Below, one piece after another: positions 24,301-36,648 of a DNA stretch of 64,000 nucleotides. Position numbers and translations under genes: made by a program. Below the pieces are notes generated by a model. It worked only from the letters and a program-made list of their open reading frames with translations, made no database searches and had not been told where the DNA came from. Origin of the DNA: Marsupella aquatica (taxonomy: Eukaryota > Plantae > Marchantiophyta); assembly GCA_973895155.1 (NCBI GenBank), contig OZ316895.1, forward strand, positions 396,107 through 460,106, in the 5' to 3' direction. Position 1 is the first letter of the stretch. Every line of letters starts with the position of its first letter.

Positions 24301-26150
24301 TCGATACAAAAGCGAGAGATGTACTGTTCTCTTTGTCTCCAAACCTGATGGAACTTTGGGAAGAGTGAGAGCATTAAGAATATTGAGACGATGTTGAAGC
24401 GAAGATTGAAACTTTTTCTTCCCTCTTCCCTTAGCACACGAGCAAGAGAGGCCTGAGAAGGAAAGGGGAAAACCTCCTCACACGTATATTCAAATTAAGA
24501 AAATGCATTCAGGTTCGGTCAGGTTCATTTCCTAAGGTCAACAGATACAGTCAACCTAATTTTAATTCTGTGACAAACCTGGAATTCAGTAACTGTGTGC
24601 CAACGACCAGAATGCGAGATGTAGATCACATGCATTGTCGGAAACGTCGATACCAGTTCAAACTAGACTTTGAAGAAGTAAAACATACGATTTATGATCA
24701 TGCATTTTATTTTGTTATTGAATGTTCATCAACGAGAATCACAATGTTTTCAGTGCTCCTTAATTAGATTTATGCATATTTTCTTTTTAAATATTCGTCA
24801 ATGAAAATGATAATGTTCCAGTGCTCCTTCGTTAGACTAGAGGGTGCCCTTTGCACCCATTGTGCTTGGAAGTACTTTAACATTTTTCATCATATTTCAT
24901 CATTTCCATTGCCTAAATTCACAGTTGTTATTGGTTGGCAATCAGTAAGTACCAAAGCACTTCCATGGTTTATAATAGTCTCCAGCCATTCTGTTCTCCT
25001 TGTCAAACTGTATATGAATGTAGTTGCTTTGATCTGTAAAAGAGGAGGCAAAGCATGTTTATCATATTTCCTTGACGTATAGGAAACACTCACTGGCACC
25101 CCACAGCCAACGATGCCCACTACGTCGGCAAATCGTTAACAGAGTCAATAGAACTCGAACTAGAATTGGAATAAATGCGAATTCGAGCCACCCACGAGGA
25201 CTTTCACTTCAGAAGCAAATTCGATACTGTTTCTGCTCATTCTAATGTTAGCCAACTGATACATCCACAGATGCTTGGAATTGCCCATAGAGCAGTGGGA
25301 AACGCCGGAATTGATGGAAAAGAATGTGTAGTTAGCATATTCCTACGTGTATAGATGGGGAGGAAGAGCAGAGCATGTGTTTAAGAGGAGACGTAACTTC
25401 TAGTAGTTGCATCGTTCTTAGTGCAAAGCAACTAATGGAACGTGTCTACCTTCTCCTCCAAATCCTCATACAGATTTGCCAAAGAGGTTTCCAGATCCTT
25501 CATTGAATTCCCGCTGCCCCCATGCCTTGATAAAACCCATCGGAAAGTGTCGTCATATCTGAATGGCCAGAGCTACAATCAAAAACACACTTTTAGGTGA
25601 CCCAGAATAACGACGGAACTTCACCTATATTTGTTCGGCACTCAGGATGCTTTTCAGTCTGGGAAAAGTGTTTTGAGCCAGTTTTGTAGAACATTACAAG
25701 ATGCCATTCTCTCTAACGTCAAATGACTTTTTCTTCCTTGAAAAACCTAGGAAACTTCAACGAATTGTTGATTCAAGAATTTCAGGTTTTCCTCACATGC
25801 AACGAAGTAATCTTCCAAATTCCCATGCAGAATCATTCGACAACATTACTATTTTTTTATAAGAGGCGGAGTTGTCACCGTTGATGTCCAGATGACGGAC
25901 GTAGCATGCTCCTCTCACTGCGCGACATTTTCTGCTTCAACAAAGAACATGGATGAGAAAGTCGGAAGAGGTCTCTATCTGTTGTGCTTTCCTTTTAATC
26001 ACAAGCTGCTCGTTTTCCTGGCTTACTGGATAGCTTCATGTGCACTTAGTTCGTAGTGTGCTAGCAAAATACTGCTAGCCTTCTGTATATCTCTCGCAAA
26101 TTAAAGGTTTGTCAAGAAACGGATTGATTTCTTTTGAAGTGATTCGATCC
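18397..26150 (-). CDS. KAP3: Kinesin-associated protein 3 (KAP3/FLA3)-like armadillo protein, many small exons; both ends uncertain
   Basis: Exons read in KAP3 order: LANLYEDLEEK (25450-25558), ASLARVLREEGRKS, QKIGKATLNIL, LLLNIAEDLSVEKRMK, VTFLKKLSIFKEN..LIPCQHE, LRLLWNLSFDPGLRVDMV, ELMALAINLA, EVMGTLNNLT..ADDIILE, VVIFVG, WCVKLKRLKFANYN. Confidence 0.85.
25215..25335 (+). repeat. Dispersed repeat shared with 42017-42135 (in KAP3 intron)
   Basis: Shared blocks GCAAATTC, GTTTCTGCTCATTCTA, CATCCA.AGA.GC.TGGAATTGCCCATAGAG and TGGAAAAGA. Confidence 0.7.
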
Positions 26151-27768
26151 CTGAAAAATGCAGATGAGAAAGTGTAGCACAACAAGGCAAGCCAGAAAGG
26201 GGCCATGAATGCAAAGTACAATTGCTGCGAAGGAATTCAACTCATTGGCAATGGGGAGCCTACTCTTTCACGCAGGAGAAGGTCAGGACTAAGTACAAGT
26301 AGTGGCGGCTGGATAACTTAAATTTCCCCTTTCTCGAAATTTACGGTTGTTGAACACTTGGGTTCTGGTCTTAATGCTACTGAGACGTCGTGGTAATCAA
26401 ACTGGAGGAATAAAGCTTTTGCGAGATTCAACTGAGCAGACGAAGCGTTTCTGGGTTAGCAAATGGATGACAAACTCTGGAAGGTCGTCACTGATTGAAT
26501 AATGTGTGGGTCTGTGGACTAGAAGATATCCATTTTTGGACTAGAAGATAAAAGCACTTCTTACGGCGACCGGAGACGTCGTTTGCCTCTTGATCACATC
26601 GAATTCTCCCTCTTCTTACAACAAGCATGAATTTGCATTTGATTTAAATAGATCACAAAAGATTTGGTCCTGTCTAACTAGTACAGTCGCGATGGCATAG
26701 GTTGAGACGCAGCAGTATGCTGCGAGAATCAATTTGACTGAAATCTTTTCCGGCTACAGTGATGGAGGAAAAAATTATTCAAATTTATTCCATTGAGGCC
26801 ATACTGGACAAAGAGTATAGGAGAGGCAACCAGGAAACTCAAAATAGAGCTGGCACAAATTCATGACCCAGTGAGTTGAAATTAAATATCTGTCTTCATT
26901 GTGTGCAATGAATAAGCTTCTCGTGACAGATCCGGGCAGGATGCTGCAGAATAATGGGTACGTACATTGAGGTCTTTAATAACGAGAGATGCTAAAAACG
27001 AAGTGGTATTTATCCCGGGGATGACATCTTGCATGCCCTACGGATCAGCTGAGAGTTTCTCTACTATGCAACATCTCTTCCATCAGCGTGGTCATGAGAA
27101 AAACGGCTCCAAGTTCTCATTCTGCTAAGATTGGATTCCACCCTTCAAGTCTGTTAGGGTGGCATTTCGATCGATTCTCACACATGGGTCAAGAAAATGT
27201 GGAACGGGTTTTGATGCCAATCTCCTATTTTAAATATGGGGTACTCAACATTCAGTCTGTCGGTCAATCGGAGGTTGTTATGAGGGGCCTCCAAAGCGGT
27301 GATTCACTCGACAGCGCGTCCATCTAGAGAATCGGTTCGGTGGGCGACTGATCCTTTCTAGTGGAGCGGTTTGATCATCGTGAAAATTCCTCTGAAAACT
27401 TCAACAAAACACAATCTCCGTTCTTCAATATTTGCAAGTTTGTGCTTAGGAGAATTTCCCCAACCGAATTAACATCGAAGGATATTGGGGAACTTCGGCT
27501 GAAGCTAGGCAGGCCCCACAGCGCTTCTTCAGTAGTAGAGCGTCGTCCCTCGTTGTCCGTCCTCTCAATCCATAGGGGCCCACAATCTTCCAAGAGCCTC
27601 TCTTTGACGATGGGGTCGAGCCTTATTTTTCATGGAATGCTGGAATGTATCACAAACATTCTTTTGATCCTGAAAACTCCCATGTACCAAACGAGCCAGA
27701 CACTTTTTGACACCAAAAAAATTGAAACATCCATGTTGTGTTTTTTTTCCCCTCCAAACAACCAATTC

Positions 27769-27884
27769 AATTTCATTCAAAAAGCCAGCCCACAAAAGGG
27801 GGTGGCCCACAAGAGGTGGCACCCATCGAATTTCATTCAGAAAACCAGCACACAAAAGGGGTGGCCCACAAGAGGTGGCACCCA
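27769..27884. repeat. ~60-bp tandem duplication
   Basis: AATTTCATTCA.AAA.CCAGC.CACAAAAGGGG(G)TGGCCCACAAGAGGTGGCACCCA occurs twice. Confidence 0.9.
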
Positions 27885-27962
27885 GGAAGACCAAAGGCCA
27901 TGAAGCCTAAAACAGGAGGGGCCGGTACGAGGTGAGAAACACATCCCAAAGGAAAGCTAAAC

Positions 27963-28311
27963 TGTTAGGATTTACTCTTAGGTCTAAAGTTACGACTGTA
28001 CCATAGTTAACTAAGGCTAACCTTAGTCGCAGGCTTGGTTAGGTTAGTCATGTTGTACACACTCTATAACCAAGCGGTGTTTGCTTGGAGAGTGGGAACT
28101 CAGGCTCATTGTTACGGAACTAGTTGAGAGATAGAGAGAGTTTGCGCTGTGGATACTTGGTATGGCCGGTCGACCTAGAGTGCAGTAAAGCTCTTGTGTG
28201 TTCCCGTGGACGTAGCCTCATGTGAAGGTGAACCACGTATCTCTCTGTGTCAACTCTTGTGCGTTGGATGGTTCATGGGCTTGCCGTTGTGATTGTCGTC
28301 TATGCTCGACA
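27963..28311 (+). mobile_element. Solo LTR (Copia-like), 349 bp
   Basis: TGT...ACA termini; perfect 5-bp TSD TAAAC (27958-27962 and 28312-28316); internal CCCGTGGACGTAG...GAACCACGTA motif typical of plant Copia LTRs. Confidence 0.85.
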
Positions 28312-31300
28312 TAAACTAGGCATTTAATAATCACTGCAGCGGGAGCAGAAGCACTTCCAAGACCAATCAGTGGATCGGTGACGAAGTCGCTAAAAACTAT
28401 CCATCAGTTCTGCAGTAAAGCTCCAACTCCTGAGAGAAAAAAAACTAGTGGTGGTCTGGGAGGGAAGGGTGGGACACTAGGATCTCATCAAAATTTTGAT
28501 ATTGAGTTTGTGAAGGGAACCACAATGAAACTCAAAAATTTAATGTTGAGGTCGTGATGGTATGGAGGTCACAAACTCTCCTTCACCCTGGCGATACAGA
28601 ATAAATAACTTGCTGGGAATGGGAATTGATAAATTTACACTCCTGATGTTGATACATTTACACCAGATCTAAGAACATACCTGATTTTGTAATTTCCAAT
28701 ATGGGAGAATGCGCCCAATGGAGGGCTCTAACTACTGTACGTAACTTTCAGTCATCTGGTTATATGCTTAGGATCTTAATATGTCCAGCTCTCCAGTATC
28801 ATTTTGAAGGGTGCATCATGTTAAGGCAATACTTTGAAAATTTTGTGGAAGACTTTATTTAAGGTCTTATAAATCCAATTTGAAGACTTATAAGAAAAGA
28901 TATGGTTTTCTAACCCACATTTTGAAATAACCAAGAATATTGAAATATTAGTAGGAGTGAAAAAAACCAAAATTTCTTAAGTTTTAGGGTGTAAAAGGCC
29001 TCAAAACATGGTGGGGCCTCCATAAGGGAGACCCCCGAGGTCCCTGTTAGTAGGTCAGACAGAAGAGCACCCTTGACAGTTGGGTGACGACATTCTTAAA
29101 ATTCATGAATGCATGGCAGCATTAAAAACAATTCATGAATGGTGCATTGATAAAAAGTCCATCAATTTTAAAATAATTATGAAACTGCTCTATGGTGAAT
29201 CCACCTTGCATATTTTGTTTTTGTTTTATTCAGATTTTGTGTTCAGTATTTTGATGTTAATGTGCTTTAACAAGGTGAATCCTTTATATTAATTTGATTT
29301 TGAATTAACTTGTGGACCCCTTTTAATTTTAGTGAATTTAGAATATTTTAAATGTATTTGGCTCCCCTCATAAACTTTTAATTTTTCCTTTTCAATCACT
29401 CCTTAGTGAATAATTTATTTCTCATGAGAGTGAGAAATTATTTAAACAATGTGCACATCTGGTGTACTAAGTTCCCCTAATGGTTTCCTTCTGCAAAATT
29501 TATGGTTTTAATTGAGTTTATTGTCATTACTTAGAAGGTATACTTTACATGTACCTATTTTTTTATCATCAAATAAATCAAATGAATTACATATCACTAC
29601 AAGACAAAAAAGACATGCTATATTCCCATGGACCACAAAGTTGGTCTTTGAGAACCCCATGGACCACATTTCCCAAAGTTTGAGTTTAATTGTAATAACT
29701 TGATGTTAGTAAATTCAAATATTTCTAGTTTTGAGTATGTGTCAAAGGAGTAGGTAAGCTACACTTCCATCAAAGTTTGAGTGATTATTTGGCCATTTTG
29801 GCTGGGTTATTCATCATGGAATAAGGAGGGGTAAATTCTGTAAGATTAATTTTCATTGTGTTTATATGAAATATTAGGGCTTGTTTTTTTTAATCTCCTC
29901 CTTCTCTAGTTGCCTTGCAGGTGAAAAATATTATTTTAAGACTCATAATCATCAAGTTACAAGCCCATAACTCCCCTGGACCACCAAAATGTGGTCCATG
30001 CGAGCACTGGGTTCATGTGACTCAAGTCCAATGGAAATTATTTCAAACCCAGTACTCTCTGAAGGTGATAGTTAACCCAAGACATCATTAGATGAGTATT
30101 TTGAGCTAGTGAGGGTTCTACAGTTGTTCCTTCATCTCTTCCATCTGTCTAAGTGTCTGTCCACATGGAAAAATAATAGGTGACCCAGAGAAACGAAGGG
30201 TGACATGGTATTGGTATATATATTTTATTGCCAAAGAGAAAGTTTTGCCTGATTAAATGAGAATTACAACTTAATAATGATTGGATGCTGGAGAGACTAA
30301 CTTGTAGTTAAACTACCACTAGCCAAGACAAAAATGTGGTTAGTATACATAGATTTCACCATTCTTAGTACTTTTCTCAAAATTGTGGAGCAAAGTCTCA
30401 CACTAGAGGAGAAGAATATGAAAAAGTGAGAAGTTTTGGAAACTCCTCCTTTTATGGCCCCTGGTGGTTTAACAATAGTCTGGTTAGACTGAGTATGGGT
30501 AAATTAACTATGATTGGATGAAGACAAGGCTGTTGTCAGGTAAGCCCTGAGATGCTTTCTTTTAATTCAAGTGTTGATTTATAAGATGTTTATTTTAATC
30601 ATATAAGATATTGTTGGCCTACTTTAAACTGTATTTGGAGGTATTTGGAGATTACTTAAAGAATTGGCACAGTAAATGTTTGAAGATTGGTCACATTCTT
30701 TAACCTCTGCATGCACTCACTCATAAAGTAGGCACCATCGTCAGCCTTAGAGCCAACTCGCATGGAGTCGGTCCTACCCTTTGCGGCCCTAAAACTGACA
30801 ATCGGCAGCATGCTAGTGAAAGAGAGAAAGATGCCGTCACCTCCTGCCCTGCCAGTCCTAACGGCATAAACTCAGGAAATGTGAAGGCAAGGACCGGAAC
30901 CTTTCCGGACCTTGCAGGTCCTGAACTTCACTTGGGTAATAAAACAAAATTCACACTTGACACGTGTTGTGTGCAACGGGCTTCAATGGATTTAGTGTAG
31001 ATTATTGTAGTCCCAGTTTCCACCGCCTCTTTTCTCCTGGTATCCCTGCAAACTACCTCGGCCCTGTATATGGACTATGGACGACGCCCTGCATATGGCC
31101 TTTGTGTTAAACACTAGTGAGAGAAATCAACGTCTGAAGTAGTCACGAAATGTCTGAAGTAGTCACGAAGAGCATTCAAAATTCAGCATCGAGCATTCAG
31201 CTTGGAGCAGTAAACAACAATCCACAATCGATACCTGGCTCAATCTCGTATACTGCTGTATTTCGGATGATTTGTGTTGGGTGCTCCGTTCAGCAGTAGT

Positions 31301-32469
31301 AGTTTCAATTAAATTAAATTCAACCTGATTTGTGTTGGGGGCTCCATTTAGCAGTCGTAGTTTCAATTCAATTCAATTCAACCTGCTTGCTGCTTGCTCG
31401 AATTTGTTCTCGGCCTCTCCATTCCTTACTGAAATTCAGCTTCACTCAGCAGCGAAAGGTGGAGCGAAAGGGCTTGCTGCTGATCGAAGGTGGAGCGAAA
31501 CTGCTTGCTGCTGATCGAAGGTGGTGGCAGCAAAGCTGCTTGCTGCTGATTGATTTCATTCTCGGTCTCTCCTTACTGAAATACTGCTTCACTCAGCAGC
31601 GAAAGTTCTGGTGAGCTCTCTTTATTTTGTTCTTGATCTCTGAGATGCTCTCTCGGTTGAGCTGTCGCTGCTAAGTTTCTATTCAGCTCTTCCCACTGCC
31701 TTCTATTGAGACCTTCTATTGACAGAGATGTCCCCGTTGTCCCCTACCCCAGCCCCAAGAAGCTTTCGTAGAATAGGTGAGACGTCGAAATACTACCACA
31801 CTGCCAACTAGACCTGAGGGTGGGTCTGTTAGTACGAGCGAGCGAGCATGCATGCATGCAATCACCACTCCCCAGCAGCTCCGGGAGCAGCTCTACTCTA
31901 CTATAGGAATCAAGTGCTCAACAGCCCAAGAGGAAAACGACGACCCGTGACGACGAACGGATTGCCTAACTCGTAGCCCTCCTTTTCTGACATTCATTTC
32001 GGAAAAGCCCAGGTATCTTAGTGATAGTAGTACTGCCCATTCATCCTGTCACGCTATCCTTTCAAGCTCCCATTCTTCGGTTTATCCATGAAACGATTAA
32101 GTATATCTCTCGATGGATTTATGGGTTGGAGAACTCTGTCGTCCCTCTCTTCTGTACTAATATGTATGTCAGAGGGGACGCTGGATGGCTGGAGCATTCA
32201 TCATTCCGTTGCCTCAACTGCTTTATAATTTGTTCCCTTGTTTCTGTGTTGACTGAGCCGTCTATGGTAACTGCCGTCACTGTAGTTTGTAAGTATAAAA
32301 GTTACTGCTGTGTACATTCGTATTGTACACCTTGTATTCTAGACTAACCCAGCCTCTGAGTATTAGACAAAGTTCTCCAAAGGTAGATTGTAAATATGAT
32401 TTGAAGCAAGCATACTTCTGAAATGTGATTATTTGAGGTTTGAAATTTCTTTCAGAGCAGGACTACGCC

Positions 32470-33051
32470 ATGGAAAACAAACATGAATTGAAGGATGTTG
32501 CAAAAACGATTCTGGGCCAGCTAAAGGACTTTAAAGAGTCTTTCACAGAGCTCGAGTCTATGTTTTGTGAACAGTTGTGGCCAGCGTTGGTAGCCGAGAT
32601 GTGTAATTCTAGTGCCTTACGTAGAGAGACGGAACAACTAAAGCAAGAGAAAGTAAGCTTGAAAGCAGAAATTTAGAAGCTTCATGAAGTCAATAGCACG
32701 TTGGAAAACATGCAATTATATGAGGCTCTTCAAATTTTGCAAAGAAGAGGTCACTCACAGAAAGCAATGTTTTTGGACAATTTAGGCAAGAAAAACATTG
32801 TGATAGCTACACGTGAACCTTTGGTTCCAATTTCTCCTAATCTTTCTAAGATTGTTGCACATAGCATAGATGTGGGGCAGAAAAATATGGTCAAGGGAAA
32901 AATGGCTATTGATGTAGTACAAGCCGTGAGCTCTACTACACCTTGTGTCTCTAATAGTACAGGGCCATCATTGCATGGCCAGGATGCTGTTCTTGTGAGA
33001 CCTAGAAAGAAAAGATGTGTAGATAGTGATTCTCTTGGCTTAGAGCCTTGA
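32470..33051 (+). pseudogene. Accessory ORF inside the Harbinger element (coiled-coil, C-terminal NLS-like RPRKKR) with one in-frame TAG
   Basis: ORFs 32440-32676 and 32701-33051 share a frame, broken only by TAG at 32674-32676; acceptor-like TTTCAG/AGCAG just before ATG 32470. Confidence 0.6.
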
Positions 33052-33279
33052 CCATTGTTTTTGTTTTGTTTTAGTTAGACGTACTTTTTGGCGGCTCAAA
33101 ATTATTAAATTTTGATTCAATTGTATACTTGAATAAAGTTGGGATGTACTTAAGTATGCATTGAAATGAAATGTGAATCTTCTGTCTATTTGGAATTTAA
33201 TGATTTCACTTGCGCAAAGAGTTGTTAATGAATTTTTGCTTCTGAATTGTGTCTCTTGCATACTACTCTGTAATGTCAG

Positions 33280-34409
33280 ATGACGAGCCAGAAGCAGAGC
33301 CGTGGTCTACCTTCACGAGAACGTATTCGATTAGTTGACTTGGACCTCAACATTGGTACAGGTCCTAACGGTGCACCACAACCTCCAGTCAAGAATAAGT
33401 TGCCTGATTGGACAAATGAGGAGATGAAGTGCTTGATTGCAGCCAAGCGATCTGAACACCTCAATGTTATCATGGAGGGTTCTACACAACAAAAGATGAC
33501 TAGCACCAAGTTGAAATGGAAGGCCGTGGCAAAATTTATAGAGGATGAGGGGTTCACCCGACCTATTCGAGATCCATCCTCTTGCAAGAAGAAGTGGCAG
33601 CTCATTGACAGCAAGTTCAAAAAGATTTACAATTATGAGAAGAAGGAGAAGACCGGGCAGATTTCTTACTTTGACATGGATGAGAAGGAGCGACGCCTAC
33701 AACAATTCCCGACTCATTTCTCTGTTGATCTGTATGCAGATCTGTTGGGATGGTATAAAGATGTTCCACGCATCACGCCACCTACGGAGTTCTTATCTGA
33801 TTACTCTAGGATGAACCACAATACAAACCAGGACCCATTCAACTTGTCATCTGGAAGTGAGTAATCTATTTTTTCCTACTTGATGAATTTTTTCTTTCAT
33901 TTACATTGTGCAATTTAATTTTTGTTATGGTGGATTGGTACTGTAAATTTTTGGGGTGAAATTTCTCTCCTTCCTCTTTGCTCTACTAAATGCAAGGAAT
34001 CATGTCTACAGGTGATGATGATGTTGGGGTTGAGGAAGACAGGTCGGCACCGTCAAGCCAGACACACTTCACAGGACCAACACATGAGAGGGCGCAACCA
34101 AATACAGAGAGTACAGGTGGAGTGCAGCAACCATCATCCCCTCAGGACTTCTCTGGCCCCGGCAATAGAGGTGTAAAGCGAAAGGCAGCCAAGATTGGGA
34201 ACGACAAACAAGCACATTTGAAATCCATGGCCAACAGTTGTGCGGAGATGGTTTCCATGGCCAAGCTTGATTGTGAAAGCCGTGAGCGGCAATCTGCTGT
34301 TTTGGCAACAGCAATCACCACAGCATCAACCACAACAGCTGAGCAGATGGGACGTTTGAATGACATTCTTCTAGAGAAGCTAGCAAATTCTTCACGACCA
34401 TCACAATAG
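33280..34409 (+). CDS. Harbinger Myb/SANT (trihelix-type) DNA-binding protein, 2 exons, ~324 aa
   Basis: WTNEEMKCLIAAK...KWKAVA...SCKKKWQLIDSKFKKIYNYE...SYFDMDEKERRLQQFP. Exons 33280-33856 and 34012-34409 join in phase (A/GTGAGT...CTACAG). Confidence 0.88.
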
Positions 34410-34600
34410 AGTAGTTGCACATACTTGGTTTAGAGAAGCAACTACTTCCATTTTAGTCAAGTGTACTTCTTGAAATGACAACATATAATTGCACATGAAT
34501 AAAATATGGTGCCAGCATCAACCATAGTTTGGTTTTATTAAATTTCATCACTGTCTATTACATCTATTGGCAACTCGGGCAGCACACTCTCGGGCACACT

Positions 34601-35911
34601 CTAAGCTTCATGCCCCCATTCTCCCTCAGGTAGCAAATGATTCATCATTGCAATACGATATCTACGCCCATTATTTGAAGTCTGAGGTGCAGCAGGGGGA
34701 CCTCCAGGTTCATATGGAGGGTCTGCATCTATACCCCATGCTGGATCATATACATCTCCACGGTCAATACGAATGTTATGCAAAAGGCATGCACATGTAA
34801 TATAATGTGGCAATCGATATGGATGCGGCCGAAACATTTTGCGAGAAACAAATCTCCAACTATTTTTCACTTGACCAAAAGCACGCTCCACACACATCCT
34901 AGTTGAGCTAAGCCTGTAGTTGAACTCTCTCTTTCGACTATGCTCTCTAGTTGCTGGAAAAGGGTTTAGCAACCAAGGATAAGCAGGGTAGCCAGCATCA
35001 CCAATAATATACTCCCCTGTAGAGAATCCTGTCGGAGCTGTAAATGTGGGACCAGAGAGTTTTGTGCGGTGTGTCAAAACGTCGTCATAAAAACCTGAGA
35101 CTCTCAAAAGTCGTGAGTCTTGAATGCTACCAGGCCATCCTGCAAAGACATCCAAAAATCGAAGTCGACTATCACAAATGGCTTGCATCGAAATGCTTTG
35201 GCCATGTTTGTAGTCACGATAATCAGTTGAGTTTGTTCCAAGAGGTAACTCCACTTGAAAATGAGTAGCATCAATTGCACCACAACAATTTGGAAATCCT
35301 TGCAATTGGCGAAATTCCTCTTTCACCCTTGCCATGGCCTCTCCTTGTGGCCAACTCAAATGTCTTTCTCTACCGTGTCTAATTAATGCCTTAACAAATC
35401 GCCAAATCACATCAAAAATGCATGGAACTGAAACCCCAAACATCTCCAAAAGTGTCAACAACAAACACCCAGTAGCAAATCTACGCAGCACTATGGCAAC
35501 TTGTCGCTCAACGGACAATGTCCTGTTGGTCAAATTGCGAAGGCCAGGTGGGGGATGTGTAGTCAAATCTTCTCGAACCAAGTCGCAAATGTACATGAAT
35601 GTTGCGGGTGACACGCGGAACAAATGCTTGAAGCGAACAGGATCGTCTTCGATGACATGCATAAGGTACCAGCCAGTCCATTCTCTAGATCTGGGCTCGA
35701 TATAATTGTCCGATAGAAGACGATGGTCTCTGGAAAATGCATGTTGAATGGTTTGGAAGAGTATAAACAAGTTTGCAAGGAGTCTCCCGTCACCTGATTC
35801 CAAAAAATAGTTACCAACAAGAGCTGCAAATCGCATTTGCTGCAAAACCACTTGTTGGAATGCAAGAATTGTTGACAAAATGATTTCAAGTTCCTCATTT
35901 GAAAGAACCAT
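34601..35911 (-). CDS. PIF/Harbinger (HARBI1-like, DDE_Tnp_4) transposase, 436 aa
   Basis: Uninterrupted ORF with FKHLFRVS..TF, CCGAIDATH, GWPGSIQDSRLL, IIGDAGYP, FNYRLSSTRMCVERAFG.VK..WR and CLLHN. Likely ATG at 35911, after an acceptor near 35938. Confidence 0.95.
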   Translation of the reverse strand: MVLSNEELEIILSTILAFQQVVLQQMRFAALVGNYFLESGDGRLLANLFILFQTIQHAFSRDHRLLSDNYIEPRSREWTGWYLMHVIEDDPVRFKHLFRVSPATFMYICDLVREDLTTHPPPGLRNLTNRTLSVERQVAIVLRRFATGCLLLTLLEMFGVSVPCIFDVIWRFVKALIRHGRERHLSWPQGEAMARVKEEFRQLQGFPNCCGAIDATHFQVELPLGTNSTDYRDYKHGQSISMQAICDSRLRFLDVFAGWPGSIQDSRLLRVSGFYDDVLTHRTKLSGPTFTAPTGFSTGEYIIGDAGYPAYPWLLNPFPATREHSRKREFNYRLSSTRMCVERAFGQVKNSWRFVSRKMFRPHPYRLPHYITCACLLHNIRIDRGDVYDPAWGIDADPPYEPGGPPAAPQTSNNGRRYRIAMMNHLLPEGEWGHEA

Positions 35912-36515
35912 ATTTTCCAAGTTTTGCAATCCCAAGGCCTGCACAATATATGGAAGAAAGAAAACAAACACAGTCATATCAAGTGAAACCATCATATCAA
36001 GTGAAGAAAACCTGTACAAACTACATGAAAGCAATCTAGAATTGTCATCCCAAAGAAAAATAGAGTGCTAGTAATCTTAGTGAAAAGCAATTGATTTTTC
36101 CAAGTATATGGACATGTCCTATACTTTGAACTTATTCAGTACAAGTACAAGGAGTACTCGAGTAGATGTGGGCTCTTCCTTTACAAGAAAGTGCTCAATC
36201 CTTGGTGACAATCCAGAACTAAAATACTCAAGGCACTTCGTGTGAACGTCTATTTTTCATCTTCGCCACACTGACCTTGAGCACAACGAGAGTCCTTTGG
36301 CAGCAGTACAGGACTTGATACGGCGGCAGTCAAGCAAGCAGCGGCTGGTTCCTCTTCCATGCAATGCAGGTCCCCACCGAGTACCCAATCCGACTATCTC
36401 TACTTCCCGAGAGCAACACTCGACATTGCTCAATATCGAGGCCAATTCAGAGAAAAATCGAAGACCAAACAGAGGACATGGAATCGTTCATCGGACAGGC
36501 AGGACTTGCCAATTG

Positions 36516-36648
36516 AATAGAATGTCTGTGTTCAGGCTAGGATCGACACTGTGAGCACAGCTTTGGTGAGGAGGAGGAGCAATAGAATGTCTGTGTTCAG
36601 GCTAGGATCGACACTGTGAGCACAGCTTCGGTGAGGAGGAGGAGCAAT
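36516..36648. repeat. 65-bp tandem duplication in the transposase leader region
   Basis: AATAGAATGTCTGTGTTCAGGCTAGGATCGACACTGTGAGCACAGCTT.GGTGAGGAGGAGGAGC occurs twice, followed by TTTGCTTTCGGCT repeats (36670-36735). Confidence 0.9.

Noticed and set aside
27088-27935. Overlapping ORFs (up to 180 aa) as a gene
   Set aside because: Length is partly due to the 60-bp duplication and no motif was recognised on either strand.
34601-35911. Domesticated ALP1/HARBI1 host gene
   Set aside because: It lies within TIRs and TSD beside a Myb partner and keeps its catalytic residues, so it is a true transposon gene.
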